Of a stretch of 64,000 nucleotides of DNA, positions 38,901-49,739 are shown piece by piece. The position numbers and the translations under genes are program-made. The notes under the pieces are model-generated. The model was not told where the DNA came from. It saw nothing but the letters and a program-made list of their open reading frames with translations, and did no database searches. The DNA lies in assembly GCA_037447605.1 (NCBI GenBank), contig CM074805.1:186001-250000 (forward strand). Direction: 5' to 3'. Origin of the DNA: Zygnema circumcarinatum SAG 698-1b (taxonomy: Eukaryota > Plantae > Zygnematophyceae). Position 1 is the first letter of the stretch. Each line of letters begins with the position of its first letter.

Positions 38901-41542
38901 AGCCATCAATCAGCATTAGGAAGCTGCTCACCTTCTTATCTCGGAGGCGCTCTGCCACTTCTTTCAATACTTCAACGGGCACAATCTTCAGCCTTGCCTG
39001 TGCCACAGCACACACCGCCTTCGCAGCCTGATAGCGGACCTTGTCATCGTGGTCTAGCACACGGCCACGAAGCGCAGCTGGTTCAAGCAACAAACCAATC
39101 ACTAATGTGAGAAAAAAAGTACTACGGCTAATGTATTCAAGAGCACATCCATTCCCATATACAGTATGAGTCTTGAATGGAAAAACTGCCTACTAGCTGC
39201 CTAAATCCGAGCCAGGCAACTCCTGTTCGTTTTTTGCATCGTTTCACAAATTCGTTTCTTATTTACCCCTGATTTAAATAAGATTTTTGTATTGATAGCG
39301 GCCCACATGAAAGAGGAGCAGGTAAGACTTACCGAAATGATCTTGACCAGTTGTAGACGTGGTTGTCAAGTAGATTTGAGAAAGCTCCACCATTTTCAAC
39401 CGGACATCAACCGACTTGTCGACAAACCGTTTCATATATTCCAGATAAAGTTGGCGATACTCTTGATCGACATGCTGTTCTGGTAATGAAAACAGGGTTC
39501 CCAGTAACGTGACGGCTTTCAGGCGCTTTTCCACATCATCTTTCTGCCAAAATTTTCAAATTCCAAAAATATCAGCTTTAAATTCAACATACATATCGCT
39601 TTTGAAAAAAACATTACGGTATTGACGATAGACAGTGTAAAAAAAATGACAACCTCGTCAATTTGCTAAATGGAGGTGAAGCTCTGTCTACGAAAACCAA
39701 GTCATGTCATTCTCAGACGACTCACCTCGTTCAAGTAGCCTGTAACATCAATTGATATCCGAACGGTTCAACCATATCCTTGTCAAAACTAGCACCAAAG
39801 GTGTAACGTGCATGCAATCAGCGACTTAAACAGCTCCAACAAGTCCCTACTCACCACAAGCTCTTCCAACATGCTGGGCAGAACTGCAACCAGCATTTGA
39901 GGAGCAGCTTTGTATATCTCCAAAATAACTTCATGGTAATCCAGGCCAAGTTTGCTTTCCACAGACTGCGGATTCTGCATAATTGTTGTCAAAAAGCGCT
40001 GCACAGCTGGCTGCAAACGGTCTGCACATCGTTGAACCAGAGTAACAGCCATTCCATAGGCAGCTGGAAACCGTTCCTGGAAGAACCAAGCATGAAGAAA
40101 GGGCTTGAATTAGGGTAAAGAATAGGGCTCCCAAGCAGAAGTCAAGAACCGCTCAGTGGCGAAAATGACCAACTACACTGGCCAAATGGTCAACGCAATT
40201 GCCACAGATGACTGGCGTAACCGTAGATAGTCGAGTGAAAAGAAAAAGAACAAAAAAAAAAGGGAAAAAGAATACCCTGCACATTATACTCCTTACCTTC
40301 CTTTTCTCTAGAAAATTTACAAGCACCGCATCCAGAAGGCCCTGTGGTATGTCTTCACTCTCTTCCAATAATGTGGCCATAACATCTAACATCGCCGTAT
40401 GAACGTTTTGGGGATGCTCCGGACTGGCAACCCAGACACTCCAGGAGCAAGTTTTTAAGTCCAAGCACTTGAGACGTATACTGGCACCGGCACTTCAGCC
40501 TGCTTGGATTGAGTTGTACAATAGTTTGGGTAAAGAGAACCCACTACAAAAGCTCTTCAACAACGAAAGTCACAAAAACAAGTCTCTACTAGCCAGCTAT
40601 TCTAAGCCTCGGGAAAACATTGAATGGAGAGATAGGACGATAAAGCGATTTTTTTTCAATGGATCAGGGTGAAGCATCACCTAATGGTCGAAAAAAACAC
40701 TTCGAACATTGTTTGGACAAGGTTGTTGAGATCGAGATCGAGCATCACAATGCATGTCTTCACTTTGGCAAGAGTTTCTAGAATGCCGACAATCCGATTG
40801 AACAAGGGGTTCTGCACCTCGTTCAGGCGATGAAAAATCTCGACTACAAGCTCGAAAATTTCCTGCAAAAAAATGAGGAAGCATAGGACCATAATGAGAT
40901 CCTGCTCCCCTTCGTTCGGAAATGTTGATGCGGAAAACGCTTCATACGCTTACAGAAGTTTCCAAAACGTGGCTTGTATCTCATTAAAACAAAACCGAAG
41001 GAGAGGGGGGGGGGCGCCATGATTATTAAAAGGCCACATGCAACAGTCATGCACAGAAAGCACTTGAGACAAGGAAAAAGACTGTCTAGGGTTAAAAAGA
41101 GCGCGCCTTACCTTGAGCTCAGGATCGCTGTATGGGGGCTCTGGTGCAAAGACCCTCAAAGCTTCACTGCAACAGAGCGCAGCAAATAGGCGGACATCCT
41201 TATCTCTGTGTTTCAAATATTGCGGTTTTACAAGTGCTTCCACACATGGTCTAATAGCCGCAGTCGTGCTAGCGCCAGCTGATTGGTTCACGTCTTGTAG
41301 CTGCCCTGCAGCCGCCTGCACGCAAGAGTCCACCTCCCTTTCAACTGTCAAAATAGCATCTGACAAACCAAATTAGGAAAAGCAAAAAAAAAAAAAAAAA
41401 ACAATTAAGCGAAACGGACGAGGCCCAGGAAAGAAGAAAATGCAAGGGTACTTGCCTTGAGTAGTTTCAACAGAGCCTCCTTCTGCACGACTCCTGCAGC
41501 AAGACGCTTCCCTATTTCAGGCAAAGGTGGTGAAGAATTCAT
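26984..41542 (-). CDS. PDS5: Sister chromatid cohesion protein PDS5 (HEAT repeats, Tudor domain, long charged tail), more than 20 exons
   Basis: LKHRDKDVRLFAALCCSEALRVFAPEPPY, ILETLAKVKTCIVMLDLD, DKSVDVRL, AERLRDK, WIPCRILRCCYDKD, HQLKDNNIF, KQAKHAV, IYGLKALVKSFLP, HIRLAAGKAVLRL, LPEYVLVYLTHVLAHH and Tudor YWLPTE/RFYSGQIKSY/VLYNDGDEE. An alternative in-frame ATG lies at 41557. The last exon (ETVRSRRRKMR*) is tentative. Confidence 0.93.
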
Positions 41543-41855
41543 GTTCCTAAGAGGCATGGCTCATCCAAATGATACCAATACAAGCAAGTGAATGGTACGA
41601 GTGTATCAGCTCTCCTCGCAACCCTAATGCTTATCCGGCTCCGCCATCGCCTCTTTGCAAGCTCTCTGTTTGCACAGCGGCTCAGAACTCAGGGAGGGAC
41701 CCAGATTCTCATGACCCAGAAATGAAAATACTCTCGACAAACCGGGCAGCATTGGAACTTTTCTTGAAACCCTTCCTGTTCCAGATGCCCAACCGCATTT
41801 CTCAGAATTTTATTTTCTCAGAAATTTGGAGAAAAAATTCAGTCGCGGACGCACT

Positions 41856-41905
41856 GTACCACAATCCGTACAGTCCTAGTTCGTACCATACGGTACTGTA
41901 CGGTA
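41856..41905. promoter_or_regulatory. GTAC cluster in the PDS5/PYG7 bidirectional promoter
   Basis: GTAC at 41856, 41868, 41883, 41893 and 41898. GTACTGTACGGTA at 41893-41905 is identical to 10868-10880. Confidence 0.55.
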
Positions 41906-42228
41906 TTTCCGAAAACTCTTCAAATCAGAAAAAGTATGGTGCCCCAATAAATTCGAAACGCGTACCTCTCAAAAATTTGAGAATATCTAGAGCCAATGGC
42001 CAACCTTTGGATGGATCGACTCCCTTCCACACTATAAGCAAGACATCCTCCAATAGGAAGGCGCCACGTATACCAATATCTGACGTGGTTAATTCCCATT
42101 GGCGGCTTGGGTACAGCTTTTTTTTTCCCCATAAGAGGAAAGCCCTGAAATGTTCCCCTCAGCCACCCTTTCTCTCTCTCTCCCTAACTGCGCAGCGTTC
42201 CGCAGGCATCTTCTCGCTTTTGGGAGCC

Positions 42229-44881
42229 ATGGCTAGCTCGCATATGGGCACGGCGGCGACTTGCTGGCTTGAGGGAGTAGCTTCTTCTTCCGGTTCAGCT
42301 GGAAACCTAAAGAGTTTGCAACAGCTGCAGCGAAAATCGTTCCCTCGAACAGTTTTTTCGGCTTTGAAGGGGATCAATACTAGACTTGTAGGCGGAGATA
42401 TGCCGTTTTCCCCCTTAAGAGATTGTCGCTGCGCATTTTCTTCTTCACGTTCTCCCACGACGTGTGGATGTTCGTCAAGTTCATATCCGGGAGGCGTACC
42501 GTTGCGGAGTTCCTTTACTTTGAAGAGTTGTCAGCAGGGAGAGCGATCGATGGGAAGTTGTTTGGCAGCAGGAGTTTGTAGACAACGGCAGGCAGTCAAA
42601 GCTGCTAATATCAGGACGTCTAACACCAGCAGTCTTTGGAGAGCAGCTGCTGTGAGCGGAGGCGCAGGTGAGGGTCATGGGAAGGGTTAATCGAATTCAT
42701 GACATTTTAGAGCATTGTGTTGTTCTTATTGTTCCTACTGCAGCGCAGGAGCACTATTAGAGAGAAGGTATGCAGAAAGGGAACGTGGAGGAGTTACCGT
42801 CGTGAGGAGAAGAGGGAGAAAATGAGTTAGGGAGAGAGTGGAAGGAAGGGAGGAGGGGGTAGGGGTTCAAAGGATTGGAGGGAGATAGTGAGGAGACGAA
42901 GCTAGACTGTGATGGTACTCCCGAGTAGCGAGAGGGAACGAGGGGAGTGATAAGAAGAGGGAGAAATAGCGGAAAGAGTGGGAGATGTGAGAGCTCGACT
43001 GAGATTTTGGGATTGGCGGGGATTTCAGTTGTCTTTGTCTCGTGGGGTTTCCAGAGGTTTTTAGTGTCTTTGCCAGTTGGCTGGATTTTGTCCTGCTTTC
43101 ATTTATTTACAGTAATATACACCTCTATTGTTGTGTAATGTGCAAGTGAACCATAGCTTGGACATAGTCGAGATGTAGCTGACGGGATTCTTCAGCTGGC
43201 TCTTGTGGGGCTCGCCTGTTCGTGGAGCTGTTCCATGAGAGCTGCTTGTTGTAGCAGGAGCTGTTCCGGCCGTGATCCTTTTTCCTGCACATGCAGCAGA
43301 AACGTGGTCCCCCAATCCCACATATGGCGAGGTAAGCTTCTCGTCTATATGACGTCACTGCATTGATAATTATAACCTGAATTTCCGCTCCAGGCTTTAC
43401 ACAATGTGGCCGCAGGAGTTGAAGGGGTATCGTGTTGCAGCTGATGGCAATTTTTTCTTCTTTTTTTCTAAAGACAGGTTTCATCAGTACTTGAGGCTTC
43501 CGTTCAGTTCCTCTACCTCGGATCACTTTTAGCCTTGTTGGGTGCCGGCTCATATTTGGTCGTGCGCCAGGTGTTGCTGCGGAGAGAGCTCGAAAATGCT
43601 GCGAAGGAGCTTCAGGTCTTGAAGCTGCATCCTTTTTTATAGTTGTAGGGTTTCGTGCAGTGCATGTGCTCAGCAGACTTGTTTGGTTCTAGCCACGAAC
43701 AGCCTCGGCCTTGGTGCAAATTTCGATGATTTCACATGTTGCGCCTAGGTCCAGCGTCAGACGCTTCGCTTGTGGATGGATGTTATTTGGATCGGATTCA
43801 ATGACCCAGCCTGAAACTTATTGAATATTCCAAAGTCATTTGCTGAATCAAGAAGTTGTTGGAATGGCAGGAGCGTGTTCGGTCAGGGCAGGCGTCATGT
43901 GAAGAGTACTTTGAACTAGGCGCAGTCATGCTGCGCAAGAAGTTCTATGTCATGGCAAATCGCTACTTGGAGCAGGCGATTAACAAGTGGGATGGAGACG
44001 AACAGGATCTTGCTCAGGTGAAGCCTCCTTCCTTCTAATAGAAACCGTGCCGTTGGCATGAATGGCCTAGTACCCCCTTGTCTGGTATAGGCTGACCCCA
44101 GGAGCAGGGGCGTATCATCACTTCGCCGACGAGTATTTCAATACATTCGTCTCATTCTTGAACTAAAGGGACTGAAGGAACTGGTGCCTGATGTTTAAGG
44201 GTCTTCGTCCTGTGTGTGTAGGCTTGCCCTTAAGGTGTCCAGACCTCAACTCCAATGAGGATTGGGTTTGCACAACTTTCCAGTACAGTTAGCCAGTCTG
44301 TTCTTATAGTCGTTTATCCTTTGCCTCCCTGATTGTCTCTCGCCGTGATTGAGGCTCCTTTTCACGCGTAAAACTACAACTGTGACGTTAATTTCACAGG
44401 TGTTTCCTGGGTCTGGTGTGGTAATTTCTTTGGTCCTTCTCCACTATTGCTATTGACTCTCCTGCGGGCTCGAGAGTTTTCTTGAAGGTCCTCTTCTCTT
44501 GCTTTGATGATCTGTTTCCTGAAATGAAAATCCAAAACGCTTCACTATATTATGTCAGCCGTCTAAATCACCGTTTGTGTCACTGACTTGGGCTTCCTCG
44601 GACAGGTGCACAATGCCCTGGGTTTTAGCTACTTCTCTGAAGGCAACCTAGACAAAGCAGTAAAACAGTACGAGAAGGCGCTGAAACTGCAGCCTGCCTA
44701 CGTGACAGCATGGAACAACCTGGGTGACGCTTTGGAGAGGCAGCAGGACTGGGCAGGGGCCCTTAAAGCCTACGAGTCTGTGCTAACGTTTGATCCCCAA
44801 AACCGAGTTGCTAGTGCTCGGACGCAAGGACTGAGGGACCGCGTGCGCCGTCTGGGGAGCATACCATCCAAGACTGACTGA
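42229..44881 (+). CDS. PYG7: Thylakoid TPR protein for photosystem I assembly (PYG7/Ycf37), with Ser-rich transit-peptide-like N-terminus
   Basis: [37 protein letters not shown]|[26 protein letters not shown]...[10 protein letters not shown]|VHNALGFSY...[17 protein letters not shown]...FDPQNRVA. Confidence 0.9.
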
Positions 44882-46291
44882 AGACCTCTGCAAGGCCTGT
44901 ACACCTTTTGTGGGGGCCTGAAGGGAGGCCTTCTCGCCCAGCCGAGTGCTTCGGCTTTGTACCTTCTCATTTTCTTTGTATCAGCAGTCAATGTCGACAC
45001 GAGGCTATTGAAAAGTTTTGTCCATACGACCGCTGAAGAGAGGATGAATTTTTGGGAGCTTGTAGCTGCTCTTCCCGTTCACTCTTTTGACTTGCCTTCG
45101 GTAGTTCCCTTGACTCCAGCACAGATCACGGTCCTCTTTGCGTCGAATTTTCTTCAACTTAACCGTTGGAATTCCCATCTTGTTGCAATCTGTATTCATT
45201 CGCGCACGTTTGATCTTTCTCGGCGTTCCTGCTTTGGTTCTAAAGAGCATGTAGAGGATGTGTGAGAGCAAGGGAAGATGTACGAGTATGGGGAGGTGGT
45301 GTGGCATCTTGCTTTCTCCAGGCATGATTTTTATCATGAGTTTCGTAATAGTGTGGTCGATTGATTTCAAGCAAAATGCCGCATTTCCATTTTGGGCATG
45401 TCGGTGAAACTCGAAACTTGCTCTCTTTGCCTCGTCCTTGTTCCTGCTGTGAGATAAAGTATATAACGCTCTTAGAATGGAGTTGCGGCAGGCACTGCAA
45501 CGAGATTCAATTCCGGCATTCGAGATAGATAGAGACACACTTCAATATGAGTGTGAGCGTTGGGCCCCTATGCAGTGGTGGCAACTTCAGGCAAATTAAA
45601 AAATAGTATGTGCTACTCCATCGTCCCAGCCTTTCTCACCTGCTGCAGTAGCAACTTGGTTGCATATCTGGCCCAGAAACCTTGGTCTCAAACCGTGGGA
45701 AATCTGCCAAAGCCTCCAATACGGTATTTTGAGCTTTGTAGCCACCTAAAAGTCTTAGTCGAGTCGATAATTTGCCACCACCACTCCACTGCAAAAGAAG
45801 AGACCATAAGCACATAAACAATGATCACGCATGAGTGCCAACATTGAACATAAGATTGGTGAAACTTTTTTTGAAGTGAAAACGAATACCGTAGATATGG
45901 TTGACAGTTTCTCTAGGGAGCCAACAAACGGAACACGTGATATGGCTCTCATGGTTCAAAAGGTTGACCCTGCAGCCGCGGCCAGACCGGCTATGTTCCA
46001 TTTTATACCCAAGGTTATGGCCAATTCTGGGCCCCTATACCCCATTTGCATCCGAATTCAGGCCCTCCATTATTCCATTGTGACCCGATCTACCCCATTT
46101 GTACCCAATCAATGCCCAGCACTTCTACACCGCCTCGCCCTGCCTGCCTGGCTCCCTGCCTCCCTCCCTCCCTCCCGCTCTCCCTCCCTCCTAACGTCAA
46201 GGAGAGGTCGAGAAGCTTTAGCATTGCTGCAAGCGCTGCTGCCTCCCTGCCCTCTCGTCGGAGCTTCCGAGCCGCCATATCTGCGGGGACC

Positions 46292-48124
46292 ATGTTCAGA
46301 AGAGCGGCTGCATCCCTCGGACAGGCCGTTGTACGCAGCGGAAGGCCTGCCAAGGGTTCTGTCGCTGCTGCATATGTGAAGACAGCTGCGGTGGCAAACG
46401 GCGGCCTTAGCAGATATCGTTCATTTTCGACTGGATGGATTGCAACCAGTCGCCCGCTTTGGAAGGAAGCGCCGAAGTCGGCAGGTATTTTCTTGCTTTG
46501 TGTCAACTAGTTCAGACCTAGGGTTATGGAGCTGGCGCCGGTGCAATGAAGTTGCGACAGGCAATGCCTTTTTTCGATTCTCCCAGCATTTGCTCGATTA
46601 GGGTTATTATTGCAAGGAGCAGAAGGCAAAAATGGATACGTGACGACAAATTGTAATGTGTCCAGATGCTACCGATGCTCTTGTTCAAGAGTATGAACAC
46701 GCGACAGGTCTCGAGAGAGAGGAAATAGAGGCACAGTTGCAGGTGAGTGAATGCTATCTTTTTTTTGCGTTGATGCCCACGGATCCTTTTGCTGGTTGGC
46801 CAGCAGACTTGTTTAGGTATCTGAGTCAACTTCTATTTTCCCTTTTTCTTTTTCTCCAGGGCACCTCTCGCTTTGAGACTGCTCCTCCCCGGGGTCCCTT
46901 TGGGACCAAGGTCAGTTTGTCAACTCTACATTGCTTGCTATGCTGTGCCTGTATACAGGGCACGAAAGCTCTGCTGCCGTGGATGCTCTGCTCTTGAAAA
47001 AAGAAAATGTCAAACGTCTGTCATACTGTAAAGCTTTTTTGACCTAGCAAAACGGCTATCTCCTCGTGAGAGACTGTATGTGACGCGGTTATTTTTGCTA
47101 TTGATCTGCTTTTGCTAGGTGGTAGTATTCTTCCCTCTCCCTTTTTCTTTAAAAACTAAAGAAAAGAAGATTTAGTCTGGTTCCAAAGGTGTCCAAAATG
47201 CCACAGACCCGAGATTATTTCTAGTTTGGTTGATTTTATCACCGTGTTTTGGGTTATTTTCCTATACGAATGGTTGTTGTTGAAATTCTATCTTCAAAAT
47301 GATTGTCGTCAATGCAGGAAGCTCCAGCAATTGTAGAGTCTCAGTTTGATGAGCGCATTGTCGGCTGCTCTGGTGGTTTTGCTGGTGAGCTTTTTCTTCT
47401 ATATCGCCTTCACAAACACCGCAGTGGCTGATCTCGGTCGACAGTTTTAGTGAACTTCCTGACTCTTCGGAGTCATCCAAAGTCACTAAGTGATTTGCAG
47501 TCTGTACTTCATTCTTTTTCATTCACTTAAAAAATCCTTTAGAAGCATTGACAATCACCTTTGTGCACTGTTTGGACTTGTGATCTCGTGTGTTGCCAGA
47601 GGAGGAGCATGATGTAGTGTGGTTCAAGTTGAAAAAGGGAATCCCCCATGAATGCGTTGTCTGCAGCCAGTACTTTGAGGTATGTTCGACTTCACGTTGA
47701 CAGCTTGGAAGGAATTTGGTCTGTGGATGAGCATTCAATTAGTAAGGCAGTTTTCTTGTGATGGTAATCTTCGGCCGATGCTGCATGAGATAGGGCCAGG
47801 CTTGTGAAGCACAGGAACATAGGTTGTTCTTTTTTTTTTACTTTTGTTATTGGAAGCACAGCAGTAGAGCATAAGCTGCATTCCGCATTCTGTAGAACAG
47901 TATCTGATGGCTTCCTTTAGTTTTGAAATCGAGTACTGTTTTCCCTCAACTCTAAGTCTGACGGCGGAGCAACAAACCTCTCCTTTTTTCATTTGAGTGC
48001 CGGCCCTTCCAGTTTAGTTGTGACCAATAGCCTGGTTACAATAAGATATTGACCTGAATGTTTCCCTATGAACCTGCAGTTGAAAGTAGTCGGTGAAGGT
48101 GGCATCCCTGGTGCGCATCACTAA
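46292..48124 (+). CDS. COX5B: Cytochrome c oxidase subunit 5b, mitochondrial precursor
   Basis: Presequence MFRRAAASLG..., HATGLEREE, GPFGTK|EAPAIVESQFDERIVGCSGG, HDVVWFKLKKGIPHECVVCSQYFE|LKVVGEGG...HH* (Zn-binding Cys set). Confidence 0.92.
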
Positions 48125-49094
48125 GTTTCAGCTGGATGCGGGTTGGTGAGTAAGCTGCACCAGAACGAGCGTGTACATGAGTAGCCCCGACACCTACCGC
48201 TGCTCATGTCGTGAAGGCGGAGCCGAAAAAACTGTCTGTTAGTGCTGCTTGCTTTTGTTTCAAGCCCTGCAATAATGCAGGCGTACTTAAAAGAGCCTTT
48301 ATTGCGAATGACTCGAGCAGCCACTAGTTATCAAGATCGTAATCGCAGCGTATCCGTTGTAGACTTGAGCCTCAAGGCCGCAATCCAAATGGGAGCAAGC
48401 CAGCCACTTGTCATTTTTCTGATACTGCGTGGATAGAGTTGTTGCATGTCCTCTGTCCTGCTTTTATTCAACAGTGGAATCGGTGTAAGAGCTGCGGCTT
48501 CAGAGGACTCACTCACACATCCAATTGATATCCAATGCTGATGACTTACAGCCCCTGCAGTTTGTTGGGCATTTTGGCCTCGTGCAAACTTTTCCAGCTG
48601 GGACCTCTAGTTCATATGCAACGGCCGTTTTCTTAAATGTTCAGATCTTGGTGGAAACAATCATAATTTCGATGTGGAACTGCAATGATCAATTGTGTAA
48701 TTATTGGGCATATATGGTTGTCCGTTACGCTGTTGTAATAACGACTGCAAGCGTGCTTTCTTAGCAGGATGCGGAGGACTCAAGGAGATAGGTGCGCCCA
48801 TCTCTGCAGGTCGGTGAAGGAAACAAATTGCAGGATCTATCTGCTGCTGATGCTGTGATTGCTGACTGAGTGGCTTAAAATTGAAATGAGAGTAATATGG
48901 AGGCCGCAGTGAGGTTTTGGACAGGATCCCTACTTTAATGGCAAAATCTGAAACCCGTTTGAACGAAGATGGAATAGCATTGGTCTCGCATGTCGACGGC
49001 GTCGAAGGTATACATAGGTAAGGGCTACTTAGAAACAGCATGTGCGAATTACAGTACCGGTGGGACTCTTCCTAAATTGCACCAAATTCGCAAA

Positions 49095-49180
49095 CGTCAG
49101 ATCGTTAGATGGGGAGGAAGTGGCATTGTTATCACGATGGCGATGATGCCATCGAATGTACATGGACAAAATCATCACGG
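49095..49180 (-). ncRNA. Candidate box C/D snoRNA-like sequence (no target identified)
   Basis: Minus strand reads GTGATGA (box C, 49178-49172), TCGA (D'-like), TGGC/GCCA stem, TGATAA (C'-like) and CTGA (box D, 49100-49097). The terminal stem is weak. Confidence 0.3.
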
Positions 49181-49605
49181 GGAACTACGAGGAATTGGTC
49201 CCAAAGGACCTAAGGACAAGAGAAAAAAGCTAGGAGTTGAAAGCTACGCCTAGGCTCAACACCGCTTCAAGCCCTCCCTCGAAGGTCGCCGATCGATGTG
49301 CGGCACATCACATCGCGCGGAGGGAGGGAGCGGCGGAAGGCCAGCAACAAGCAACCGCGGCTTCACGCCGAGGGAGCGTCCGGGCGAGGAGGGGGGCACC
49401 GCTGAAGGGCGACGGAAATGCGATCGTGAGATTGGGTTTCGCTTAACAGTCCCTTCATGGAGACCCAACCCTCTGTAAATCTTGTCAAAGTATATATATA
49501 TATATGAGAAATACGAGGAGAGAAACTGGAAACCGAAAACTATTACGAATGGTTGTGAAGGGCAAACCGTATCCAAGGTTGGTGCAGCAGGCAGCCAGCC
49601 AGCAG

Positions 49606-49654
49606 ATGCCGTACATGCCTGTACATGCCGTACATGCCTGTACATGCCGTACAT
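49606..49654. repeat. Alternating 10/9-bp tandem repeat GTACATGCC(T)
   Basis: GTACATGCCT, GTACATGCC, GTACATGCCT, GTACATGCC, GTACAT, starting at 49611. Confidence 0.9.
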
Positions 49655-49739
49655 TTGGCTTCGATCGGGAGAAAAATCGAGGGGGCGGTTGGGGACCAAA
49701 TGTCGCCGACGTGCGGGCGGAAACGCCAAAACAACTCAT

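Noticed and set aside
41569-42228. N-terminal 220 codons of the 373-aa ORF 41569-42690
   Set aside because: They run through the PDS5/PYG7 promoter; the transit-peptide-like sequence starts at the ATG at 42229 after a CT-rich leader.
49606-49654. CRISPR-like array
   Set aside because: The repeats are contiguous with no spacers, there are no cas genes and the context is eukaryotic; the same applies to the 17-bp repeat at 11367.
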